Sequence record: DRR378314_1208
DNA: 55,954 bases
Reading direction: 5' to 3' (one strand)
Position 1 is the first letter of the stretch, and each line of letters opens with the position of its first letter. The notes under the pieces are model-generated. The model made no database searches. It saw nothing but the letters and a program-made list of their open reading frames with translations, and was not told the DNA's origin. Shown here piece after piece: positions 10,188 through 19,354 of the stretch. A program made the translations under genes and the position numbers.

Positions 10188-10211
10188 CGGGGCGGGCCCG
10201 TGCTCGCCCCG
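10188..10211 (+). other. Intercistronic stem-loop between the TonB receptor and GDPD genes
   Basis: CGGGGCGGGC-CCGT-GCTCGCCCCG inverted repeat with no U tail; may stabilise the upstream mRNA. Confidence 0.5.
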
Positions 10212-10235
10212 ATCCTCCAGACAGGACTATGAACC

Positions 10236-11288
10236 ATGAAGAAATATTTCCTCCTCGGCGGCCTGTTGCTGGCCGCCTGCAATCCGGCGGCTGAAACGAT
10301 TGCGCCTGTGGATGCCCCGGCTGAAGCGCCAGCAGAAGCAGCTCCGGCCGACGCAAGCGACACCGAAACCACGCTAAAGACCCTCACGGGCGAGCCGCCT
10401 GTCATCATCGCCCATCGCGGCGCAAGCGGCCTTTATCCCGAGCACACGCTGAAAGCCTATCAGGTCGCCATCGATCAGGGGGCTGACTTCATCGAACCGG
10501 ATCTGGTGATGACCAAGGATGGCGTTCTCGTTGCCAACCATGATGGCTACCTGTCCGACACGACAAACATTGCCGATCATGAAGAATTCGCCGATCGCAA
10601 AAGCGTGCGTAAAACGCCTCTGGGCGACAAGGAAGACTGGTGGTCTGACGATTTCACCCTCGCTGAGCTGAAGACGCTGAATGCCATCCAGCGCGTTGAA
10701 GGCCGCGCGCAAGACTATAACGACCAGTTCCGGATCGCGACCTTTGACGAGATCATCGACCTGGTTGAAGAGAATGCGGCGCAAGGCCGGAAGGTCGGCC
10801 TGCACATCGAGGCCAAATGGCCATCCAATTTCTCAGCGGCCGGGCTCGACATGGTCGATCCGATCCTGAACACGATTGAGGAGCGCGGCCTCGTCGAAGC
10901 GGGCGTTCCGATCTTCATCCAGTGCTTTGAGCCGGACTTCCTCGCCAAGGTCGCCGCGAAGAGCGACCTGACACTCGTACAGAACCTCGTCGGCCCGCCC
11001 TATGCAGCGCTGCTCGGTCTGGACATGAAGCTGGAAGACATTCCGACAGCAGGCGTCGGCGCTCACAAGGCGATGATCCTGACCCCTGAAGGCGGGACGA
11101 CAGACTTCGTCGAACGTGCCCACGCCCTCGGCAAGATCGTGCATGTCTACACGGTGCGCGATGATGAACCAGCAGAAGGATTTGCATCAGCTGAAGAGGA
11201 GTTGAAAGTCCTCATCGAAGCTGGTGTCGACGGCATCTGGACCGATTATCCCGAAACCGCCGTGATCGTTCGCAAGGATTACGAATAG
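10236..11288 (+). CDS. Glycerophosphodiester phosphodiesterase (GlpQ-like), predicted lipoprotein
   Basis: Lipobox LLAAC; IIAHRGASG.YPEHT; GADFIEPDLV.TKDG; HVYTV; GVDGIWTDYP. Confidence 0.93.
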   Translation: MKKYFLLGGLLLAACNPAAETIAPVDAPAEAPAEAAPADASDTETTLKTLTGEPPVIIAHRGASGLYPEHTLKAYQVAIDQGADFIEPDLVMTKDGVLVANHDGYLSDTTNIADHEEFADRKSVRKTPLGDKEDWWSDDFTLAELKTLNAIQRVEGRAQDYNDQFRIATFDEIIDLVEENAAQGRKVGLHIEAKWPSNFSAAGLDMVDPILNTIEERGLVEAGVPIFIQCFEPDFLAKVAAKSDLTLVQNLVGPPYAALLGLDMKLEDIPTAGVGAHKAMILTPEGGTTDFVERAHALGKIVHVYTVRDDEPAEGFASAEEELKVLIEAGVDGIWTDYPETAVIVRKDYE

Positions 11289-11311
11289 CACGACAGCGCT
11301 TTCAAAAAGCG

Positions 11312-11348
11312 AAAGGCCGGCCCTCCAGAAAGGAGCGCCGGCCTTTTT
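11312..11348. terminator. Probable bidirectional intrinsic terminator
   Basis: AAAGGCCGGC...GCCGGCCTTTTT stem with A-run before and T-run after, between convergent genes. Confidence 0.75.
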
Positions 11349-11376
11349 CATACCCGCCTGTCGAGGCGAGATCTGC

Positions 11377-11583
11377 TTAGCTGATGTCTTCCGACAGCAC
11401 GGTCATCTGGAACTGGTAGGACGTTTCGCCCTCGTCCACATCCTTGTAGACCACGGCCAGGAATTCGGCGCCGAGATAGCACTCAACGGAATCATCGGTC
11501 TTGTCACGCGCAACCAGGCGAAGGCCCGGGTGCAGTTTTTCCTTGAGATAGGCTTCAAGGCGCAGCGTTTCTTCGCGCTCCAT
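11377..11583 (-). CDS. DUF3126 family small protein
   Basis: 68 aa, RLEAYL...DDSVECYLGAEFLAVVYKD.DEGE.SYQFQM.VL, the pattern of this alphaproteobacterial family; GAGGAG RBS. Confidence 0.85.
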   Translation of the reverse strand: MEREETLRLEAYLKEKLHPGLRLVARDKTDDSVECYLGAEFLAVVYKDVDEGETSYQFQMTVLSEDIS

Positions 11584-11663
11584 GGGTCGGGCTCCTCTTG
11601 GGTCTTTGTGTTCGCGGCGAACCTAGAGATTTTGCTTGGCGTTGCAACCGCAAAGCCTGCAAA

Positions 11664-13040
11664 TCAGCTGCGCTCGGCCTCCAGAACGCAATGCGCCGAC
11701 AGGGATTCCACAGTTTCCTCAAAACGCGCCGGCAGCAGGCGTTGCAATTCCGGCTTGTCGATCTGGTCGCAATCCATCAGCGACAACACCATCGCCGTTT
11801 CGTCCTGAATCGTTTCCATATAATCCAGCGCATCCTGGCTCGCCCCGGCCTGGCGCAGCGCCGCTTCATTCTCGCGGGCGGCGATGTGGCGAACCGTCAA
11901 ATTCCAGGCGAGCGGAAGAATATCATCAATCCGTTGCGTGTGTTCCAGCGCGGTTGGCCAGTCTTCATCCAGTATGTGAATGAAGCCAATATTCTCTTCC
12001 GTATAGGCGACGCCCACCTGCGTTGCGCCGCGTTCAGCGCGGATGCGGGCTGCAATGCGCAGCTCTGACAAGGCCTCCTGCAACGCCTCTTCATAGAGGC
12101 GCCCTTCCGGCAGTTCGCGCTGCGCCGCCAGCGCGACCAGTGTTGTGCCGACGCCATGATGCGCCATCTGTTCCTGTTCCAGAGTGATGTCTTCGGAATC
12201 CGCCCCAATCAGATGTGCCGCCTCGCTGAAAGCGCGATAGGCCAGCAAGGCGTCACCGCGCTTGCGCAGACACTGGCCCTTCCAGATCAGCAGCATCGGC
12301 GCATCCAGATCGCGCGCCGTCGCTTGGTTTACATAGTCCACCACGGTGGAGCATCCCTGGCTCCAGACCAGTGACGCCTCATCTGCTGCGCGGTACTCCA
12401 GCATGGCCAGCCCCGCAGCGCCCATTGCCTGATCCGACAGGGCCTCTGCATCCATCAAACGTTCAAACGCAGCGCGTACATTTGCAGAGTCCACTTCTCC
12501 GCCCCAATCATCCAAAGCGGCCTGCAGCAACTGGTGCTCCTCATCCCTCAGCAGGCGGACATCCCCCTCATCCGCACGGAGCACCATGCTGACCACTTGC
12601 GAGGTAACCTCGTTCATCGTCTTGCCGAGCACATGGCTGCGCGCAATGTTCACAGCGCGATCTTTGTAAGCAGCGATCTGGCGCGCCGATCCGGCCTGTT
12701 GCAATTCTCTTGAAAGCTCGGCCTGCCTGCGCGCTGACTCATTTTCCTCGCGGATTGCGACGAGTTGAGCCTGTGTCGACTCGCGCTGTCGGCTGGCTTC
12801 TCCTGCGACGATGCGGAGATTGATCTCGTTCAACCGCGCCTGATGGGCGTACTCCGATTTCAGCCCCTGCAGCGCGACATAGAAATAGATTACGCTGCCC
12901 ACAGCAATCACCGCTGCCGTGACGAGCAAGACCGCCAGGGCACGGATCAGGAAGCGGAAAGCCTTCTGCTCTCCCTGTAACTCGCGCAGCAGGTCAAGCG
13001 AAGTAACCGGCGAGGTTCCGGATTCTGATTGCAGGCTCAT
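11664..13040 (-). CDS. Hypothetical membrane-anchored protein (N-terminal TM, coiled coil, TPR-like helical domain)
   Basis: TM FLIRALAVLL...IYFYVAL; Q/E/R-rich heptads; TPR-like LLIWKGQCLRKRGDALLAYRAFSEA and AYTEENIGFIHI. Start overlaps the upstream stop. Confidence 0.75.
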   Translation of the reverse strand: MSLQSESGTSPVTSLDLLRELQGEQKAFRFLIRALAVLLVTAAVIAVGSVIYFYVALQGLKSEYAHQARLNEINLRIVAGEASRQRESTQAQLVAIREENESARRQAELSRELQQAGSARQIAAYKDRAVNIARSHVLGKTMNEVTSQVVSMVLRADEGDVRLLRDEEHQLLQAALDDWGGEVDSANVRAAFERLMDAEALSDQAMGAAGLAMLEYRAADEASLVWSQGCSTVVDYVNQATARDLDAPMLLIWKGQCLRKRGDALLAYRAFSEAAHLIGADSEDITLEQEQMAHHGVGTTLVALAAQRELPEGRLYEEALQEALSELRIAARIRAERGATQVGVAYTEENIGFIHILDEDWPTALEHTQRIDDILPLAWNLTVRHIAARENEAALRQAGASQDALDYMETIQDETAMVLSLMDCDQIDKPELQRLLPARFEETVESLSAHCVLEAERS

Positions 13041-13444
13041 GCCCGACTCCTTTCAGAGAGGATTGGCGTTTCGGCGCCATCCCAGACGGTTACACCAAAG
13101 ACGGGTTCCAGCAACAGACGCAGGCCGGTGTCCTCGTCACCTTCGCGAATGAAGGCCTCCGCCACAAGCAGCTTGATCCGCATCTGCCGCTTTCGCCAGA
13201 TGCGCAGCGCTGCGCCAATGGCGGTCGCGACGAAGAAATTTGACGCGCCAATCATGCGCTCCGGATTATCTGCGAATACGTCCGCGCCGAAGGGCAAAGG
13301 GTATTTGCCAAGCAGGGTCGACAGGAAGACGCTGAACGACACGAGCGCCATGAAGATCGCCCCGGTCAGCAAGTGACGATCCAATTTGGCTTCTGCCTTG
13401 AGCTCGGACCGGTGATGGCTAATCAGGGGGCTGATGGTCTTCAT
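13037..13444 (-). CDS. Hypothetical small membrane protein (2 TM)
   Basis: 135 aa with two hydrophobic segments; 3-nt gap to the upstream gene and 4-nt overlap with the downstream gene. Confidence 0.7.
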   Translation of the reverse strand: MKTISPLISHHRSELKAEAKLDRHLLTGAIFMALVSFSVFLSTLLGKYPLPFGADVFADNPERMIGASNFFVATAIGAALRIWRKRQMRIKLLVAEAFIREGDEDTGLRLLLEPVFGVTVWDGAETPILSERSRA

Positions 13445-13447
13445 CGG

Positions 13448-15178
13448 TTAATCCCTGTCCCGTGCGACCCGGAATCCAATCCCGTCATCGCGGCCCGTAT
13501 CCGGAAACGCATCACGGATTGCGGACCGAACATAGGAGGGCACCTTCTCCCAACTGCCGCCGCGGACTGCACGGGAGCGACAGCCACGCTCATCGTAGAC
13601 CGTCGCCTCACCAAACCGGCCAAGATAGCTGCGCACGCTACAGTCAGCGGTCCATTCGGCGACATTGCCGTGCATCTCATGCAGGCCGAAGGCATTCGGC
13701 GGATAATAGCCAACCGGCATGGGTCGGCGGGGCCAGACGCCTTTCGGACTGTCATTGTAGATCCGCCCGGCATTGAAGTTCGCCTGCTGGTCCGTCAGCG
13801 TATCGCCGGTGTTGAAAGCAGTCGTGGTGCCTGCGCGCGCGGCATACTCCCATTCTGCTTCGCTCAGCAGGCGATAGGGCTCCCCATCGACGCGAGTATT
13901 CAGCCAATCGACATAGGCCATTGCCTCAACCCAGGTGATGTTGATCACCGGCAGACCCGGCTGTTGCCATTGGTCACTGCGGGTCTCATTCGCGGCTTCG
14001 TTTCCAACGCAGCCGCCGCCTTCGACACAGGCGGTCAGACCGGCCCAGCTGATCTCAGTTGCGGACACTGCAAAGGGCTTGATCGTGGCGCGCCATTGCG
14101 GGCCCTCATTATCCTTGCGCTCTTTCTCGGTTGCCGGGGAGCCCATCATGAACTCTCCGCCCGGAATGGCGACCATTTCCGGACACTCTGTGCAATCGCG
14201 AAACTTGCGTTCGGCGATGGCGCCACCGGCATCAGCCGCGGTAAAGGCCGCGCCGCGCAGCAAGGTGGACACGCTGGTGAAGCCGGGCGCGGCATGCACG
14301 GCGTTTGGCGCCTCGGCCATGTCACCGGCGCTACGGGCGGCTGAGCCACGTGCCCCATGGGCCGGCAACTGCGCGCTGGTATTGGTTGGCACGGGCTGGG
14401 GCGCCGGGCCGCCATCACAGCCCGCGAAGCAGAAATCCGCACCTGTCAGCCCGGAATTGTAAAAGGGTGTCTGCAATCCATTGGTCGACTGGTTTACCCG
14501 ATCTGCCACGCGCTTGAAGACTTGTTCGGCAATCAGGTTCTGCTGGCCAATCGTCTGTGACAGCGCCATCGCAAAGGTCGAGTTCTCGCCCTCGCCATCA
14601 TAGGCGACATAGCCCGGCGCGGTGGAGTATGAAATCAACAGGCCGCGCGCCGGCTTCACTTCGGCCAGCCCGCCCGCTGCACTACGCGTTGCACTTGGCA
14701 ATGGGTTGTCGCGGCAAGCGTCCAGAATGACGAAGTTCACCGCATTCCCGGCATGCTCCACATAGCGCAACGCGTCGCCGAGGCGCGGGGCCTGTCGCCA
14801 GATGTCCTGCTCCGAACGGGCGTTTGCATCCACTGGCACCAGATAGTTCAGGCCCTGCGACTGAACCCCGTGCCCAGCGTAATAGATCAGACCAACAGAA
14901 TCGGAGCCGCCCGCCTTGAGACGCGCGCCGTGATCGGCAAAGGCCCGTTCCATCTGGTCTTCCGTGCCATCTATGACCAGGTCTACCGTAAAGCCGACCT
15001 TGCCGAGTGTTTCGGCCATCAGGCGTGCATCCCGCGCCGGATTGGGCAGTTGCCAACCGGTCTGCTGATAGCTGGAATTGCCAATCACGAGCGCGTAGCG
15101 CGGTGCTTGTTGACTTTCCGCCAATGCGACGGGCGCCAGGATGAGGCATAGAAAGGCTGCAATTACGGTCCGAAGCAT
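13448..15178 (-). CDS. Exported caspase-family (peptidase C14) protein fused to an FGE-sulfatase (SUMF1-like) domain
   Basis: Signal peptide [31 protein letters not shown]; catalytic YYAGHG and ILDACR; FGE motifs [46 protein letters not shown]. Confidence 0.92.
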   Translation of the reverse strand: MLRTVIAAFLCLILAPVALAESQQAPRYALVIGNSSYQQTGWQLPNPARDARLMAETLGKVGFTVDLVIDGTEDQMERAFADHGARLKAGGSDSVGLIYYAGHGVQSQGLNYLVPVDANARSEQDIWRQAPRLGDALRYVEHAGNAVNFVILDACRDNPLPSATRSAAGGLAEVKPARGLLISYSTAPGYVAYDGEGENSTFAMALSQTIGQQNLIAEQVFKRVADRVNQSTNGLQTPFYNSGLTGADFCFAGCDGGPAPQPVPTNTSAQLPAHGARGSAARSAGDMAEAPNAVHAAPGFTSVSTLLRGAAFTAADAGGAIAERKFRDCTECPEMVAIPGGEFMMGSPATEKERKDNEGPQWRATIKPFAVSATEISWAGLTACVEGGGCVGNEAANETRSDQWQQPGLPVINITWVEAMAYVDWLNTRVDGEPYRLLSEAEWEYAARAGTTTAFNTGDTLTDQQANFNAGRIYNDSPKGVWPRRPMPVGYYPPNAFGLHEMHGNVAEWTADCSVRSYLGRFGEATVYDERGCRSRAVRGGSWEKVPSYVRSAIRDAFPDTGRDDGIGFRVARDRD

Positions 15179-15294
15179 TGCGGGCGTCCCCTTCCGCTGG
15201 TTGCTCAATGCGTCCCCCGAGCACAGCATTAACTAACCCCAATTCCCGGCACGAGAAAAGGGGGCAAGCCTGCCCTTCAGCTGTGAAGCCTGTT

Positions 15295-17091
15295 TCAGCC
15301 GCTTTGCGGGCGGTTTGCTGTTTCGGGGAGCAGCGCGAGAACCTTGGCCTGTCCGACCCAGTCATCGCGCAGGATACGGCCCTTGAAATGTTCCAGCTTG
15401 TCATCGACCCACTGGATCTCGTCAGGGCCCCATTCCGAAATCTGCCAGAAATAATAGACGCCGATCTCATTCAGCAATTCAGCCAGCATCGGGCCAATAC
15501 CGTTCACGCGCTCAAGATCGTCTTCCTCCCCAAAGGCCGCTTCGACCAGCAAATTGGCCTGGTCATCCGGGCGCATGGCCTGACGAACAGGGTCCTGGCC
15601 GCGAATGATCTCGATCTTGTGGACGGTCGTGGTCGTCTCCGGTTGTGGGGCCGGAGGCGGCGGCGGAGGTGGTGGTGGTGGCGGGGGAGACGCCGGAGTT
15701 TCCGTTGTCGTTGTGGTTTGCGTGAATTGCGCCTGGGATAGCGGAACGCGCTGAGAATAATCAATATCTGTGCGCGAATAGGCGGTTTCCTGAAGCGTAC
15801 GCACCATGTGATGCATCGCCGCCATACCGTACTCGATTGAAGTCAGCCGGTCTTCGACCGCCGCCATATTGAGGCGCGCCTCCATCTTGCGGAGCGAGTT
15901 CGTGATTGCCGACATGTCGGGATCCTGAAGCCCGACCACCATCTCCTGCAGCGTGGCCAGACGGCGCTCAAGCGAGGATGTGTCGGATGTGGACTGAATG
16001 TCGACGCGCATCGTTGCCAGCGCGGAATCGAGTGTCGCAAGGCGTGCCTGCAGCGGTGACAGGTCCACAGGTCCACGATCCATACTGGCGACATGGGCCT
16101 CAAGTGCAGCGAGCTTCGAATGGAGGGCGGCCGTACCGCCTTCCAGATCGGCCAGTTTGTTATGCGTAACGCGGACATGATCCGGCGAAGTCTTCAGGTC
16201 GCGTTCGATCTGGCGCAAGGTTTCCGTGACCGGGCCGAGATCCACGTCCGGCACAGCGATCTGGTTGATCGCGGTTTCAAGCTTGGCGAGGCGGTCACGC
16301 AGGCTGTCCACATCCGGCACACGCAACGAAGCAAGAGACGAAGACAGTGTCTGCAGACGGATGGTCATGCTCTCATTGTCAGCCTTGCGCTGGGCATCCA
16401 GCCGCTCGGCGAACTCTGCGAGGCGGGCTTCCATCTGGCCAAAATCCCCGCGGATCGGATCAAGATCCGTAACCGGCACATCAAGATTCTCGAGTGCAAG
16501 TTCAAGGCGCGCAAGGCCGCTATGGATTGGGCCGAGATCAACTTCAGGAATCTCCGGAAATGCTGGTATCTCAGGCATTTGTGGCATAGCGGGTGGCTCT
16601 GTATTGACCAGCACGTTTACACTGTCTTCGATGCGCGACAATCGGGCTTCCAGACTGTCCAGATCTGTATTCTTCAACTGGCCCACAGCCATGTCGAGAT
16701 CAGCGAGCCGCGAGATAACCGGGTCAAAGCTTGAGCCGCTATCGGCAAGGCGGGTTTCAATCGCCTCCAAACGCGCATTCACGGGTGAAATGTCTGGCGT
16801 CGGAATGTTTCTCAGACGATCACCCAGACTGTTGATGTTGGCGTGGAATTCATCCCGCGTGACCGGCGAAGGCATGGCAGAGAGCCGCTCCTCGATCGCG
16901 GCGAAGTGTGCCAGCAAATCATCACGCGTCACGCCGGCACGCAATTCCGACATGGCGCTATTTTCCATCAGCTCTTCATAGGACTCGGTGACGTCCTCGT
17001 AGCGATTGCGCATCCACCAATAAACCAGAGCTGCCCCCGCCAGCGCGGCAAGCAGCATGAGCAGCAAGATCTGGATGAGAAGAAACCACAT
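15295..17091 (-). CDS. Membrane-anchored tandem-repeat protein with C-terminal helix-hairpin-helix-like domain
   Basis: N-terminal TM; ~10 DLxPxxxRLxxLE-like repeats; 12-Pro linker; tail DDLERVNGIGP.LAELLNEIGVYYFWQIS.W...GRILRDDWVGQAKVL (COG3743-like). Confidence 0.8.
   Translation of the reverse strand: MWFLLIQILLLMLLAALAGAALVYWWMRNRYEDVTESYEELMENSAMSELRAGVTRDDLLAHFAAIEERLSAMPSPVTRDEFHANINSLGDRLRNIPTPDISPVNARLEAIETRLADSGSSFDPVISRLADLDMAVGQLKNTDLDSLEARLSRIEDSVNVLVNTEPPAMPQMPEIPAFPEIPEVDLGPIHSGLARLELALENLDVPVTDLDPIRGDFGQMEARLAEFAERLDAQRKADNESMTIRLQTLSSSLASLRVPDVDSLRDRLAKLETAINQIAVPDVDLGPVTETLRQIERDLKTSPDHVRVTHNKLADLEGGTAALHSKLAALEAHVASMDRGPVDLSPLQARLATLDSALATMRVDIQSTSDTSSLERRLATLQEMVVGLQDPDMSAITNSLRKMEARLNMAAVEDRLTSIEYGMAAMHHMVRTLQETAYSRTDIDYSQRVPLSQAQFTQTTTTTETPASPPPPPPPPPPPPAPQPETTTTVHKIEIIRGQDPVRQAMRPDDQANLLVEAAFGEEDDLERVNGIGPMLAELLNEIGVYYFWQISEWGPDEIQWVDDKLEHFKGRILRDDWVGQAKVLALLPETANRPQSG
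15830..16810 (-). repeat. Protein-level degenerate tandem repeats (approximate bounds)
   Basis: PDISPVNARLEAIE, FDPVISRLADLD, TDLDSLEARLSRIE, VDLGPIHSGLARLE, TDLDPIRGDFGQME, PDVDSLRDRLAKLE, VDLGPVTETLRQIE, VDLSPLQARLATLD, DTSSLERRLATLQ, PDMSAITNSLRKME. Confidence 0.75.
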
Positions 17092-17121
17092 GATGTTTAC
17101 TTTCAGGCTAGCTGGTGGAAT

Positions 17122-18267
17122 TCATTCCGAGACACGGATCACCCGTATCTCGATGCGTCTGTTCTGGGCGCGACCTGCCGCAGTGGAGTTTGGCGCAACC
17201 GGGCTGGCATCGCCATACCCCGTTGCGACTAGTCGGCCAGATGGCACGCCCCGCGCGATCAGTGCATTGCGCACCGCTTCGGCGCGCGCCTGACTGAGCT
17301 GGCGATTGGTTTCCGGCAGACCGGTGCTGTCTGTATAGCCAGCGATGCGCAGAGATCCCGGGCATGCGCGCACGGCTTCGGCGACATCATCCAGCAGGCC
17401 AGCGCTTGATGCGCCGATCACCGCGCTGGATGACTGGAATTCAATGCGCGCATCGCCCAGCAATTCTTCAAGTGAACTTTCACAGGAGCTGACCGCTTCG
17501 CGTGAGATGACATTGATCGCCCCGACCTCCCCTAACGGGATCGGCTCCAGGGCAAGCTTGCGTGTGGCGGCGGCTTCGGCGCCCGGAAGCTCGCAATCAA
17601 GCGAAAACCGGTTCGTGGTAAACGCAGACACACCGCGGTCGCACTTCGACACCGTGTTTAGGCCGCGCATGGCGACTTCCAGGAAACCATCGGCGACAGG
17701 CTCATTATTGATCGACAGACTGTCCTGAATGGAAATTACGCGCGGGGGGTCTATTTTCGTGCGAGCGGCTGCGACGACTTCCTGACGAATTTCCGTGTTC
17801 GGCATATCGCCATCAAGTGTCAGCACACCATCGGCCACACGAAACGACCAATCCGTATTGGGGCCAACGGCACCTTCACCCAGAAGGCTCCAGTCGAAAT
17901 TTTCTCGAATGCGCGTGACCGGCCTAGCCGATCCGAACAAGGCTGGTGCGCGCGCTTTCCTCACTGCGTCGACGGCAGCGTCCGCGGCTTCACGGCTGGG
18001 AGGACGCCCTTCGAGCGTGATCCACTGGCCAGAGACACGAGACCGGGCCCAGCTGGCATCAGCCTCAACCAGCGCCTGCGACGCGGTCCGCTGGGCGGTT
18101 GCCTGCACCACACCAAACGCAAAAGGCCAGATCGCGAACAAAAGGAGGAGCCCCAGAGCGGCCAAAGGAACCACAGCGTAGGGCACAAACGGCAAACGTT
18201 CTGCCTCAGCGCGCCGCACCTTGCGCGTGCGCATGAACCGGCCTGCAGTGCTGCTACTGTCGGTCAA
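17122..18267 (-). CDS. OmpA-family peptidoglycan-binding protein with N-terminal TM and BON-like domains
   Basis: TM helix; ITLEG and LTLDG BON-like strands; OmpA_C motifs IAGYTDSTG...NRQLSQARAEAV...GYG..SPVAPN...GRAQNRRIEI. TTG start. Confidence 0.9.
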   Translation of the reverse strand: MTDSSSTAGRFMRTRKVRRAEAERLPFVPYAVVPLAALGLLLLFAIWPFAFGVVQATAQRTASQALVEADASWARSRVSGQWITLEGRPPSREAADAAVDAVRKARAPALFGSARPVTRIRENFDWSLLGEGAVGPNTDWSFRVADGVLTLDGDMPNTEIRQEVVAAARTKIDPPRVISIQDSLSINNEPVADGFLEVAMRGLNTVSKCDRGVSAFTTNRFSLDCELPGAEAAATRKLALEPIPLGEVGAINVISREAVSSCESSLEELLGDARIEFQSSSAVIGASSAGLLDDVAEAVRACPGSLRIAGYTDSTGLPETNRQLSQARAEAVRNALIARGVPSGRLVATGYGDASPVAPNSTAAGRAQNRRIEIRVIRVSE

Positions 18268-18471
18268 CCGGCCACCCTCTGTTCACGCGCCAAAAACACC
18301 CCTCCCGAAACCGGGTCGTGGGTCAAATATTAAACGAAACAAAGGGCCGCAACAACATTCCGATCCCGAAATGAAACGTTGCTGGAGACAATATTGCTGT
18401 CAATTACTGCAAAAACTCAGCTGTCGCGCGATTTGTATTCAGGCCGGTCAACTGACACGCGAACGGCGGAC

Positions 18472-19284
18472 TTACTTGCCCATATCGTCGGGAATCGTCT
18501 GATCCATGGTTTCTGCCGGATGGCAGCAGGACGGACCGCTGACAATTCGCGCTGGAACGCCTGCCACAGTGCACTTCGCTGGCACGTCTTTCAGCACCAC
18601 ACTCCCCGCTGCGACCTTGGCCTCGTCACCGATATGGATGTTGCCAAGAACCTTCGCCCCAACGGACAGAAGTACGCCCTTGCCGATCTTCGGATGGCGG
18701 TCACCCACTTCCTTGCCGGTTCCGCCGAGCGTGACACCGTGCAGCAATGAACACCCGTCGCCAACAATCGCCGTTTCACCAATCGTGATGCCCGACGCAT
18801 GGTCCAGCATGACAGCCGTCCCTATGCGGGCGGCTGGGTGGATGTCCACGCCGAACAATTCGGAAGCGCGGCTCTGGAAATGGAAGGACAGCGTTTCACG
18901 CCCTTCACGCCAGAGCGAATGAGCAACGCGATAGGTCTGAAGGGCAAGGAAACCCTTGAAGTACAGGAAAGGCTGCAACATGCCGCGGCAGGCAGGGTCG
19001 CGCTCAAGGACCGCTTGCAGGTCGTCTTCAGCGGCCTCGACCAATGCATGGTTGGAATCATAGGTATCGCTGAGAATCTGGCGCACCTGCTGTGTGCTCA
19101 TAACCGGGCTTTTCAGCTTTTCAGCGAGATGGAAGGAAAGCGCCTGACACAGGGTTGAGTGCGCCAGGATGGCAGAGTTCAGATAGCTCGCCAGAGCAGG
19201 CTCGTCAGCAGCCGCAGCGCGGGCTTCGAAGCGAAGGCGATTCCAGGCTGGTGCGGGTGCACCGATATCCGGATTGTCTGGCAT
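18472..19284 (-). CDS. cysE: Serine O-acetyltransferase
   Basis: ERDPAC; LYFKGFLALQ.YRVAH; GVDIHPAARIG; DHASG; GVTLGGTGK; RHPKIG; TVAGVPARIV. Alternative start 19317. Confidence 0.96.
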   Translation of the reverse strand: MPDNPDIGAPAPAWNRLRFEARAAAADEPALASYLNSAILAHSTLCQALSFHLAEKLKSPVMSTQQVRQILSDTYDSNHALVEAAEDDLQAVLERDPACRGMLQPFLYFKGFLALQTYRVAHSLWREGRETLSFHFQSRASELFGVDIHPAARIGTAVMLDHASGITIGETAIVGDGCSLLHGVTLGGTGKEVGDRHPKIGKGVLLSVGAKVLGNIHIGDEAKVAAGSVVLKDVPAKCTVAGVPARIVSGPSCCHPAETMDQTIPDDMGK

Positions 19285-19354
19285 ATCTCTTCCTTCCAAT
19301 GCCTGTCTTTCCGACATGGGCCACTTTTGCCCAAGTGCAAGTCTTTGACCTGCC

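Noticed and set aside
13448..13620. FGE C-terminus as a possible diversity-generating retroelement target
   Set aside because: No template repeat or reverse transcriptase was seen in the window.
15652..15687. Triplet-like run as a contingency microsatellite
   Set aside because: Mixed Pro codons encode an in-frame poly-Pro linker, not a pure slippage tract.
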